Of a DNA stretch of 64,000 nucleotides, positions 44,151 through 54,161 are shown piece after piece. The stretch is from an uncultured Phycisphaerales bacterium. GTDB lineage: Bacteria > Planctomycetota > Phycisphaerae > Tepidisphaerales > Tepidisphaeraceae. Under the pieces are notes generated by a model, which ran no database searches, was not told where the DNA came from, and saw only the letters and a program-made list of their open reading frames with translations. Numbering within the stretch: position 1 is the stretch's first letter; each line of letters opens with the position of its first letter. The DNA lies in contig CAWJPJ010000008.1 in NCBI GenBank assembly GCA_963844715.1, forward strand, positions 800,001 to 864,000, in the 5' to 3' direction. Both the position numbers and the translations under genes were made by a program.

Positions 44151-44483
44151 TCATTCCCAAGGGTGAGGCGTGCGCACCACAGGATAGCGCACGACCTGCG
44201 AGAACCATTCCGCCAGCGCTCGCCACTTACCTCCCCGTTGCGCAAGCCGCAGCCAGGTGAATTGCCAAAGGGCGACTTGAACGGCGACAAGAAACGTCGC
44301 CCCGGTCGGCAGCAGCAAGAACAAATAGCTGTCGTGTTTCCGGCATTCAAAGAAGCCCACTGGCCAGAGCGTGAGCACGCCGAAGACTTCGACAATGCAG
44401 AATAGCACCACGGCCAAACGTGCCAATTGCAGCAACGCCAGCCAGTACAGGAACCTCAAGCTGTCGCCAATCCACCGCAGCAT
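44151..44483 (-). CDS. Hypothetical membrane protein
   Basis: 110-aa hydrophobic ORF; no family recognised. Confidence 0.3.
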   Translation of the reverse strand: MLRWIGDSLRFLYWLALLQLARLAVVLFCIVEVFGVLTLWPVGFFECRKHDSYLFLLLPTGATFLVAVQVALWQFTWLRLAQRGGKWRALAEWFSQVVRYPVVRTPHPWE

Positions 44484-44624
44484 ATCGGGCTGTCTCCTTT
44501 GCGAATGTGCATCTGCCAGAGCTTCGCTCTGCCATCTGATGACACACGCTCCATTATATCGTTGGCAACAATCACGTCTCTAAATCTCTTCGATCTTGGC
44601 CACTTTTTCTGAATTCGTTTGAGT

Positions 44625-44702
44625 CCAGCCCGACAGATTTCTGTCTGGCCGACCTTAAATCTGTCTGGCCAGATTTGACGTTCGGCATCTGTTTGGTATA
44701 AT
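44625..44702 (+). promoter_or_regulatory. Repeat cluster and promoter upstream of relaxase; candidate oriT region
   Basis: tctgtctggcc twice, aaatctg/cagattt inverted pair, TTGACG-N16-TATAAT at 44675-44702. Confidence 0.45.
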
Positions 44703-44901
44703 CGGTTTAGTTCAATTCATTGGGTTGAACTATTTTTTTGTAATTAAGAAGGGAAGGCAAGGTAAAAGCGAGCCAGTGGGTGTTTTTGTAAGTCTCAGGC
44801 CCACGAAGGGTTGGCGCAACCTATGCCAGTTTGATGACAGTGGGTTTCCAATGGGTCGTTTTTCAGAGCTTTGGATGCTCGAAAGAAGCTCGGAGGTACG
44901 T

Positions 44902-46886
44902 ATGCCGCGGAGATTCAGAAGGCAGCCGGATGGTGTTGATTCGGATCAGATCGGCCGAATGGGCGCACGACGACCGCGGGAGCGGAGCGTCAACAGCGAG
45001 CTCGCCCGGCGCCTGCGCGGTTTCAAAGGGCGCACGCGAAAGTACCTGCCGGGCGGTTCCGCCGGCCGGGGTATGCGGCAGCGGGTTGTCGTCAAGGCGC
45101 ACGTCAGCCGACACAAGCCGGGCAAGGCGCGGGGGAGTTTGGCGCGCCATGTGTCATACCTGGGACGGGAAAGCGCCAGCGCCGACGGCAAGCATGGCGT
45201 GTTCTATGACGCCATGCGCGAGGGGGTGAACGCCAGGCAGGAGGCCGTCCAATGGGCGCAGGACCGGCACCATTTCCGGCTGATCGTATCCCCGGAGCGC
45301 GGCGGCGACATCCCCGACATGACGGCTTACGTGCGCGAAGTCATGCGCCGGGTGGAGCGGGATCTGGACACCAAGCTCACGTGGATCGCCGTCAATCACC
45401 ACAATACGGACAACCCCCATGCGCACATTCTGCTGCGCGGGAAGCAGGCGGACGGGGCCGATCTGGTCATTCCCCGACAATATATATCGTATGGAATCCG
45501 GGACCGGGCATCGGAGGTGGCGACCGAACTGCTGGGAGAACGGACGCCCCAGGAAGTCCAGTTGGCCAAATCCAAGGAGGTCGAAGCGGAGCGATTTACC
45601 TCACTGGACCGGATGATCGAGCGAGCGTTGGACAACGGCAAGATCGACGTTTCACCGTCGAAGCATATCGGCTTTGGCGCGGATGATCGGCGGTTGGTCG
45701 TGGGCCGCTTGCAGTTCCTTGAACAGATGGATTTGGCGCACAAGGGCGCGGAACGACCTGGCATGTTGAGGGGGATTTCAAGCAGGCTCTGCGCGAACTC
45801 GGGAACCGCAACGACATCATTCACCAGCTCTACAGCCAGTTGGGCAACGAATCGGGACGAGTTGTGCCGATGGCTGGCGGCAATCGAACCCTCACCGGCG
45901 GTCGCCGGCGTGGTCATTGCCAAGGGCAGCATCGATGAGCTGGGGGAAGATCGGTTTGTCGTAGTTCGTGACGGGAGCGGGCAGGCGCACTACGGCCGGG
46001 TCAGAGACAGCGCGCCTTACCGGGACCTGGAGATCGGGTCGGTCGCCGAACTGGGCGCGGTGCGCAGCGTCGGCGGGAGGTGATCGAGCAGGTCGTGGCG
46101 GTCGCCAACGCCAATGACGGAATCTATTCGCCGCAGTTGCACGAAGCTTATTTGCGCGGGACCGGACCAGACTCGACCGATCGGGAGATTGCATCAAGCG
46201 TGCGCTCGGCAGCATGGCGATTGGGCTTTGTTGCCGGCTTCGAGGGGTCCGGGGTGCGCGCATTGGGGAACGGTGAGTACGCCATCGATGCCAATTCCTT
46301 TGCGCAATTCAGTCAGCGGGGAAGCCAGCGAACCGACGTTCGGGTGATCGCCGAGCACTCGCTGGCAAAGCAAGTTGAGGCACACGCGGCGACGTGGCTG
46401 GACCGTCAGACGTTCGGACGGCAACGGGATGCCCGCACCGACAACAATCCGATCGTTCAGGAAGCGGCGCAGCACCGGCAGGAATGGCTCGTGCTAAACG
46501 GGTATGCCGAGCGATCCGCCGGCGACACCGGAACGGTTCAACTGCTTCCCGGCGCATGGGAGCAACTTGCGGCCGAGGAACGTGCCGAAGTGGCCGAACG
46601 GCTGGCCGGCAAGTACGGCCTGCCAGTCAACGAACTGCCCCAGGGCGGCACGGTCAGTGGCGAGTACCACGGCACGGAACACCTCCACTCGGGCAAGGTG
46701 GCTGTGGTCGTGGCGGAGGAGAGCGTGTTTGTCTCACCCGTCAGCCGCGATCCCGACGTTGGCATAGGCAATGAAGTCAGTCTGCAGCGCACATCGGCGA
46801 GGGATGCGACGGTTGAACTGGCGGCGGGACAAACGCTTGACTTGGATGCCGGACTGTCTCGGGACGGACCGGGAGGTGACGAATGA
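44902..46886 (+). CDS. VirD2-like (MOBP, RlxS/DUF3363-type) relaxase, frameshifted
   Basis: QRVVVKAH, RHVSYLGRE (Tyr), HHFRLIVSPE, AVNHHNTDNPHAHILLRG HUH motif, ERFTSLDR, ATWLDR. Confidence 0.88.
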
Positions 46887-48739
46887 ACGCGCGACGACTC
46901 TTCATTGCATACCTGATCGTATTGGTGGCCGGATTGGTGACAGCCACCCAATGGGTTGCATTCCGGTTGAATTACCATCCTGCCCTGGGAGGCGTGCGCA
47001 TCGGCGGGCACATGGTCTACGCGCCCTGGGCAATGTTCATCTGGGCCCGCGACTTCGGTGACAACATCCCCAAAACGCTCACCGAGGGGTATGCGTTCAT
47101 CGGCGGCACTTTCATTCTGGCCACGCTCATGCTGGTTGGAGCGCGCCAATTGCGCCGCCACATCCCCGTCCGGGAGATCGGCAAGGATCGTTGGGCCAGC
47201 AAACGCGACATGAAGCGCGCTGGTTTACTGACCGGCCAGGGAACCGTTCTTGGACATGCCTTTGGTCAATATCTCACCTACGACGGACCCGAACACCAGC
47301 TTGTTTCCGGTGCAAGCCGGTCCGGCAAAGGCGTGGGACACGTTATTCCCACGCTGCTGAACTGGAACGGCAGCATCTTGGCCTACGACATCAAGAACGA
47401 ACTGTGGGACGCGACCGCGGGGATGCGCGCAAAGCGAGGTTACTGCCTGTTCTTCAATCCGACCCGGCCGGACAGCGCCCGGTTCAACCCGCTCTTTGAG
47501 ATTCGCAAGGGTGCCAACGAAGTGCGCGATGCGCAGAATATCGTCGAGATGTTGGTGAACCCAACCGGCGCAAAGCACACGATGGACATTTGGGACCAGC
47601 AGGCGAGCCAATTTCTGGTGGCGCTGATCCTGCATGTGCTCTACACCGAGCCGGATCAATATAAGAATCTGGCGACGGTGCGGGCGCGATTGCTCGACTT
47701 CAAGCGGACCGCGTTGGCGATGATTCGCACGCCACACCGCTTCAACCCGCAGACCGGTGCGCCGGAGGTTCACCCGGAAGTGGCGCTGGTGGCCAACGAG
47801 CTGCGCCGCCAGCCGGCGAAGTTCCAGTCCAGCGTGTGCGGAACGGCGGCGGCATATCTCACACTTTGGGCGGACGACATCATTGCCCGCAATACAGCTA
47901 CCAGCGATTTTCGGCTGAGTGATCTGGTGTGCGCCGACCGGCCCATGACGCTTTACATCCAGCCGCCACCCTCGGATGCACCCCGTTTGCGCCCTTTGGT
48001 CCGGCTGATGATCAATCAGACATGCCGGGCACTGATGGAATATCTCGACCGCGATAGCGCCGGCCGACCGAAGAACCATCGCCTGTTGTTGTCGCTAGAT
48101 GAGTTCCCGACGCTTGGACGATTGGACTTTTTCACGATGAACCTGCGCCAGATGGCCGGATACGGAATCAAGGCGCACCTGATCGTCCAGTCCTTCAACG
48201 ACATCATCGAGCAATATGGCACGAACAACACGATCCTGGACAACTGCCACATCCTGAGCACCTTTGCCGCTGCCGATACCGTCACCTGCCAGCGTATCAG
48301 CCAAATGGTCGGCACCGTGACCGAGTACCGGGAGAGTTATTCGCAGGCCGCTCGGAACCTTGGGGCGAGAACGATCAGCCACAGCGAACAGGTTCGGCCG
48401 CTTCTGTCTCCCGGAGACATTCGGGAATTGCCGGTGGATGACCAACTCATGTTTGTAACCGGCTTCAAGCCAATGCGCGTGAAGAAGGTGCGATATTTCA
48501 ACGATCCGATCTTTATGAAACGGATTCTGCCAGCGCCGGATCAATCAGCGTATCTGAACGTACCGGCCAAACCCAAAATCGACTGGCTGCACGAGCGGCC
48601 CAAGGGGCCGGAATTGGCGTTGCCCGCACCGAGTCATAACGGCCTATCGGCGAGCGGGAGTCCCGCCGCGGATTCCGACGAGGATACGGAGCAAGACGCG
48701 ACAGACCAGAACCTTCACTCTGAAAGTGAATACACGTGA
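46883..48739 (+). CDS. traG: Type IV coupling protein TraG/VirD4
   Basis: N-terminal TMs, GASRSGKGVGHVIPTLL, RFNPLFEIR, LDEFPTLGRL, AGYGIK. Confidence 0.93.
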   Translation: MNARRLFIAYLIVLVAGLVTATQWVAFRLNYHPALGGVRIGGHMVYAPWAMFIWARDFGDNIPKTLTEGYAFIGGTFILATLMLVGARQLRRHIPVREIGKDRWASKRDMKRAGLLTGQGTVLGHAFGQYLTYDGPEHQLVSGASRSGKGVGHVIPTLLNWNGSILAYDIKNELWDATAGMRAKRGYCLFFNPTRPDSARFNPLFEIRKGANEVRDAQNIVEMLVNPTGAKHTMDIWDQQASQFLVALILHVLYTEPDQYKNLATVRARLLDFKRTALAMIRTPHRFNPQTGAPEVHPEVALVANELRRQPAKFQSSVCGTAAAYLTLWADDIIARNTATSDFRLSDLVCADRPMTLYIQPPPSDAPRLRPLVRLMINQTCRALMEYLDRDSAGRPKNHRLLLSLDEFPTLGRLDFFTMNLRQMAGYGIKAHLIVQSFNDIIEQYGTNNTILDNCHILSTFAAADTVTCQRISQMVGTVTEYRESYSQAARNLGARTISHSEQVRPLLSPGDIRELPVDDQLMFVTGFKPMRVKKVRYFNDPIFMKRILPAPDQSAYLNVPAKPKIDWLHERPKGPELALPAPSHNGLSASGSPAADSDEDTEQDATDQNLHSESEYT

Positions 48740-49329
48740 GCGAACGCAAGACCCAACTTTCGGTCTTTTTAGAGCAACAAGTGCTGCTGGCCGCCAGGCA
48801 GCGCGCAAAAGAAATGAAGCTCTCGATGTCGGCGGTTGTGGCCGAAGCGGCCAAGGAATCGCTGTTGTCCGCTTATCGGAGCGAGCGCGAACAGGAAATC
48901 CTCAAGGCGGTCGAGCGAAACTTTCATGCGCTACGCCGGCTGGACCAGCGGTTGGCGCTGGAGATTCAGATCCTCAAGGAAATGGTCGGGCTGGGGATGC
49001 GCTCGTTTTTCAACCATACCACGCCGATTCCAGACGCGACCAAGGCTGCCGCGATCCTCAGCGGGAAGCAGCGATTTCATGGCTATATCGACATGCTGGC
49101 CAAGAATCTGCGCAAGGGTGAATCGATCCTCAGCGACCTTCCGTTGCCCGAACTTGATCCACCGAAGGAATCAACGCAGCCGCCGCAAAATGTCGAAGAG
49201 GTGGCCCCGACCAATCACGCTCTTAGCGCAGCTAAAGCCAAGGACCGTGCAACAAAACAAACTGTGCCGACCAGCGCGCCGAATGGCGCTCGTGAGTGGG
49301 CGTTGTTCGAGCCAAGCGGAGAGAAGTAA
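48736..49329 (+). CDS. Ribbon-helix-helix/CopG-like protein between traG and trbB
   Basis: N-terminal KTQLSVFLE...MSAVVAEAA RHH-like pattern; position as in Tn4371-like ICEs. Confidence 0.55.
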   Translation: MSERKTQLSVFLEQQVLLAARQRAKEMKLSMSAVVAEAAKESLLSAYRSEREQEILKAVERNFHALRRLDQRLALEIQILKEMVGLGMRSFFNHTTPIPDATKAAAILSGKQRFHGYIDMLAKNLRKGESILSDLPLPELDPPKESTQPPQNVEEVAPTNHALSAAKAKDRATKQTVPTSAPNGAREWALFEPSGEK

Positions 49330-49351
49330 TTCAAAACAAAGGAAATCAATC

Positions 49352-50311
49352 ATGGCGGCTAACGCAAATTCCGTTCATCACCGGCAGCAGGAAAGCCTCT
49401 ATCACGCCTTGGGACCGTTGATCGCCGAGGCGTTGGGGCGTCCCGACGTGGTCGAGATCATGGCCAACCCGGATGGAAGTCTATGGGTGGACCGCGCCGG
49501 CGTTGGACGTGAGAGAGTCGGCCGAATTGAGCAGGCGGCGGCCGAAACCACGATCCGGCTACTGGCGAGCCATATGGGCGAGACGGTTACGCCGGATCGT
49601 CCTGCCGTCGCCGGTGTTTTGCCGCGCAGTGGGGAACGATTCCAAGGACTATTACCGCCTCTGGCCGAACGGCCCGTATTCACCATTCGCAAGCGCGCTT
49701 CGATTGTTTTTACACTCGATGATTACGTTGCAAAGGGAATCCTGCCGGCCGCTAGTGCCGATGTGATTCGCAGCGCCGTCGTCGAGCGGAAAAACATCCT
49801 CGTAGCCGGTGGCACCGGATCGGGTAAGACCACGCTGGTCAATGCGATCCTGGCAGAGCCACCGTTCAAGAGCGATCGCATCGTCCTCATCGAAGACACA
49901 AAGGAGCTTCAATGCCCCGCAGACGATAAGGTTGAACTCCTGACAAAGAATACTGAGCCGCGGGTAACGATGACGGATTTGCTCCGCATGACACTCCGCC
50001 TTCGTCCAGATCGAATCATCATCGGCGAGGTCCGTGGGCCGGAGGCACTGGCCATGCTTAAAGCATGGAACACCGGCCATCCCGGCGGCGTGGCCACTAT
50101 TCACGCGAATTCGGCATCCGATGCACTTCGACGTATCGAAGACCTGGTCGGAGAAGCCTCGCAGATCATTCCGACGCGTTCTATCGCATCCGCGGTGAAC
50201 CTTCTAGTTTTCATCGAGCGCACGAGTGCTTTCCCCGGCCGATTGGTTCGCAGTATTGTCGAAGTCCGAGGTTTCGAGAATGGAGAATACTTACTGCAAG
50301 AAGGCACTTAA
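49352..50311 (+). CDS. trbB: P-type conjugative transfer ATPase TrbB (VirB11)
   Basis: [51 protein letters not shown]. Confidence 0.93.
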   Translation: MAANANSVHHRQQESLYHALGPLIAEALGRPDVVEIMANPDGSLWVDRAGVGRERVGRIEQAAAETTIRLLASHMGETVTPDRPAVAGVLPRSGERFQGLLPPLAERPVFTIRKRASIVFTLDDYVAKGILPAASADVIRSAVVERKNILVAGGTGSGKTTLVNAILAEPPFKSDRIVLIEDTKELQCPADDKVELLTKNTEPRVTMTDLLRMTLRLRPDRIIIGEVRGPEALAMLKAWNTGHPGGVATIHANSASDALRRIEDLVGEASQIIPTRSIASAVNLLVFIERTSAFPGRLVRSIVEVRGFENGEYLLQEGT

Positions 50312-50319
50312 CCCCGGAA

Positions 50320-50607
50320 TTACCGACACTCTGGAAGGCTGAGAAGATTGTCGGGCTGCACGCCATCATTTTCCGTCTTGAGATATTTGTGGCCGTATGC
50401 GCTGGTGGACACAATCACATTGACGGTGCGGCCCCCACGATGTACGAAGAAAGTCCATTTGCCTTGCTCGATCCCGGCTATGGCATCCCCTTGCGTGAGC
50501 TTCCAGGAAGTTCCGTCCCCATTGCGTCCCCCGATGTGGGTAATCCGTTCATGAGGATTCATTCGGTCACTCTTGTTGATGCACAAGATTTCATGTTGAG
50601 TTGCCAT
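50320..50607 (-). CDS. DUF3892 domain protein
   Basis: RITHIGG...AIAGIEQG...FFV...V.V...G.KYLKT..D....NLLSLPEC pattern. Confidence 0.8.
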   Translation of the reverse strand: MATQHEILCINKSDRMNPHERITHIGGRNGDGTSWKLTQGDAIAGIEQGKWTFFVHRGGRTVNVIVSTSAYGHKYLKTENDGVQPDNLLSLPECR

Positions 50608-50659
50608 GTTGCGTCGTCCTTTCCGGCCGATAAGCCTGTTGGTGTATGCTCTTTCTCAA

Positions 50660-50675
50660 AGCAACATCGATGCCA
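50660..50675 (-). promoter_or_regulatory. Sigma54 (-24/-12) promoter for the DUF3892 gene
   Basis: Minus strand TGGCAT-cgatg-TTGCT, about 50 bp upstream of the start. Confidence 0.8.
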
Positions 50676-50826
50676 GGGCCGCCCCGCATTTTGTTGCCAA
50701 GACGTAGATGCATGTAAATACAACTGTTGCGACGCCTTTGTTCTGCCGATCAGGAGCGAAGGCTTGCAACAGCCTTGCTCTCTCGTACAATTCCGTTTGT
50801 GAAGTCACAAGGGAATTGGTGGTAAC

Positions 50827-52415
50827 ATGGCATCAAGGCGGATTCTCTTTTCTTGGATCGGCCACACGGACTTACGCGCCATGGCGTCCACGCTTCCTGA
50901 GACAGAGCAAGAAGAAGTTCTGGCCAAAATTAAAGCGCCGGTTCTAAAGCGAGGTGAGGCTGGTCCACTCAAGTGCCTTCTCAATCACGAGAAGTTTGAG
51001 GAGGTTCATCTGCTAAGCAATTACCCTTCCGCACTCGGCCAGCGATACGTCAAATGGCTCGGCGACTCGGCAGTGCTGCATCAAGTGAAGCTAAACAACC
51101 CGACTGACTATCCAGAAGTATTCAACGTCGCCGACGCCCAACTTGCAGCGGTGGTTAACATCCCGCGTCCTCACGCAATCGATCTATGCCTGCATCTCAG
51201 CCCGGGCACGCCCACGATGACGGCAATATGGCTACTCCTCGGAAAGAGTAAATATCAGCCCGCGACTTTCTATCAGACCCACGAAAATAAAGCGTGGGTA
51301 ACGACGGTTCCGTTTGATCTCATCATGGAGTTTGTTCCGCAGGTTATTCGAGATGCTGACGCACGGCTCCAGGCTCTGGCTAGCCAAAGTCCGCGCGAGT
51401 TGAAAGGCTTCGAGGGCATTGTGGGTGAATCGAGGAGCCTGCGTGTGGCGGCCGGACTGGCACGCCGCGCCGCAACACGTGATGTGTCGGTGCTGCTTCT
51501 TGGAGAAAGCGGAACAGGTAAAGAGAAGTTCGCCCAAGCCATGCACGACGCCAGTCCACGACGGGAAGAGCCGTTCGTTTCCATCAATTGTGCGGCGATT
51601 TCTCGAGAACTGTTGGAATCCGAGTTATTTGGTCACAAGAAGGCGCTTTTACGGGTGCGGTCGAAGATCGTATTGGCGCGTTCAAAGCCGCTGATCGAGG
51701 AACACTATTTTCGGATGAAATCGGTGAGTGCGACCCGGCAATGCAAGCAAAGCTGCTCAGGGTTCTCCAGCCGCCAGACCACGATCCTTGCCGCCGCACT
51801 TTCTTTCGAGTCGGCGAGTCCAAACCAACGACCAGCGATGTTCGCATCATTTCGGCGACGAACCGCGATTTGACAAATGCCGTTACCCGCAACGAGTTCC
51901 GCGATGACCTCTACTATCGGATTGCGGCGATAACGATCAAGTTGCCCCCGCTCCGAGAACGCCGAGAAGATATTCCTCTGCTTGTTGACCATCTCCTCAA
52001 GCAGATTAACGACAACTTTAAGGACAAAGAACCTGGGTATGTCCACAAAAAGATTTCTGGTTCCGCCATGACGTTTGTGCGGAAGCACCCTTGGCCGGGC
52101 AACGTCAGACAGCTTTATAACACGCTTCTCCAGGCGGCCGTGATGACCGATGCGGAGACCATTGACCGGCAGGATATCGCGGACGCCGTCGCTGAGATTC
52201 CGGGAAAAACGACGTCTGACCTGCTTGGACAGCCGCTCGGCGAAGGCTTTGTCCTGACTGACTTTCTGGAAGAAATCCAGCGTCATTACCTGATCCGAGG
52301 AATGAAGGAGGCAGCAGGCGTGAAGTCGAAGGCCGCCGAGCTTCTCGGGTACAAGAACTACCAGACGTTGGCGGCTCAACTGGATCGGTTGAATGTCGAA
52401 ATACCCGCGACGTGA
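50827..52415 (+). CDS. Sigma54-dependent enhancer-binding protein with RtcR/CARF-like N-terminal domain (frameshift near 51640)
   Basis: [11 protein letters not shown] and HLSPGTP N-domain motifs; [47 protein letters not shown]-terminal Fis-HTH. Confidence 0.87.
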
Positions 52416-52430
52416 CACCGAAAAATTTCG

Positions 52431-52446
52431 TGGCACACGCTTCGCT
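52431..52446 (+). promoter_or_regulatory. Sigma54 (-24/-12) promoter for the downstream defence operon
   Basis: TGGCAC-acgct-TCGCT with GG-N10-GC spacing in the 57-bp gap after the activator. Confidence 0.72.
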
Positions 52447-52472
52447 TTTAGAGCCGTAACACGAAAGGAATT

Positions 52473-54147
52473 GTGATTATGACCGCCGTAATGATTGAAA
52501 ACGCGATCGGTTATCAACTTCAAGTCCCCAAGGAGATTTCGCTCTCGCTTATCGTTCGAGACCCTGAAACCGTTTACGATCTGTGGCGCCGCAATGATGG
52601 TGAGCCGCGCGATAACTTCGCGCTTTCGGCGCTGCGGTTAGGCGTGATGGCTCTTCGTCAGGCTGCTGGCGCCGTGGATGGCGAAACAGTGCGCCGCGAG
52701 GGCGAAAGGCTTGTGTCGTCTGTCCGCGAATTGCTGACGGAGCGCTCGAACCAAATGATGGAGCATGTATCGACGACGCTAAAAGCATATTTCGATCCCT
52801 CCGACGGTCAATTGCCACTACGGCTTGAGCGCTTGCTGAAACGAGACGGAGAACTGGAAATTATTTTGGCCCGTCACGTGGGCGATGACGGCTCAACTCT
52901 CGCACAGACTCTAGCCCGGCATGTTGGCGAATCCAGTCCTCTATTGAAACTGCTGTCGCCCGATCAAGCGGACGGCGTTATCGGGGCGCTGACTGAAACG
53001 ATTCAGAAGGCAATGGATGATCAGCGTAGGCACGTTCTGCAGCAGTTTTCGCTCGACAAAGAGGATTCGGCGCTTTCTCGCCTGATTAAGCAGGTCTCCG
53101 ACGCCAATGGAAAGTTTCGCGGTGAGCTGTCTGAGGACATCAATCGACTCTGTGGTGAGTTCTCCCTGGACAACGAAGAAGGTGCGCTCACGCGGCTCGT
53201 GCGACAGGTTGAACGGGCACAGAGAAGCATCGTCGAGCAGTTCTCAAACGACAATGAGGATTCAGCCCTACGGCGAATGACCAAACTCCTTGAAACGACG
53301 AACAAGTCGATTCAGAACAGTCTGACGCTGGACGACGATAAATCGCCCTTGTCCCGACTGCGTCGGGAATTGATGAATGTGCTTGAGGAGGAGAAAAAGG
53401 CGAATAACTCTTTTCAAACGGAAGTGAGAGCTGTACTCGATGCGATGAAGGCTCGCCGCGAAGAGGCAGATCGTTCGACTCGGCATGGTGGGGAATTCCA
53501 AGATGCCGTTGGGGCACTTCTCCAAACCGATTCACAACGACTTGGGGATGTTTTTGAGGATGTGGGCGATAGCGCCGGCAGAATTTCTCGCTGTAAGGTC
53601 GGTGACCATGTGATCACGTTGAGCGCGGAGAGTGCGGCACCGGGGGCGAGAATTGTTAGTGAGTCAAAGGCCGACAAGTCATACGACCTTCGCCGGGCCC
53701 TTGGCGAAATCCAGCAGGCCAGAGAGAACCGCGATGCGCAAGTCGGGATATTCGTGTTTTCCTCAGCCAACGCTCCTGCGGATCTTGAGCCACTCAAGCG
53801 GTACGGCAACGACGTCGTCGTGGTGTGGAATCAGGATGATCCTTCCACTGATATTTTGCTGAAATGCGCCGTCTCGGTTGCTCGCGCTGGCGGTTCGTGA
53901 GGTTCGTGCGTCGGCAGAGGCGGAAGCGAACTTTGAAGAACTCGAAGCGGCAATTGCGAAGGTAGGTCGTGACGCAGCCGCTTTGACGGAGGTAACAACC
54001 TGGGCAAATACAGTCCAGAGCAGTGGCAAAAAGATTGCGGATCGTGTCGAAAAAGTTCGCGAGGATTTGGAAAAACAGGTTGATCAGCTTCAAGAACATG
54101 TAGCACGGCTCAAGGCCAGCGTATCGGCGGGAACTCATACTGCCTGA
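52473..54147 (+). CDS. Long coiled-coil protein with C-terminal PD-(D/E)xK-like nuclease motif (RmuC/DUF2130-like), frameshift near 53885
   Basis: Internal FSLD.E.SAL.RL repeats; RHGGEFQD...KVGDHVI...IVSESK motif. Confidence 0.6.
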
Positions 54148-54161
54148 TTCTGCCGCTTATT

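Noticed and set aside
48836..50311. 491-aa TrbB with long N-terminal extension
   Set aside because: Extension overlaps the upstream gene in another frame; RBS and ATG at 49352 give a normal-length TrbB.
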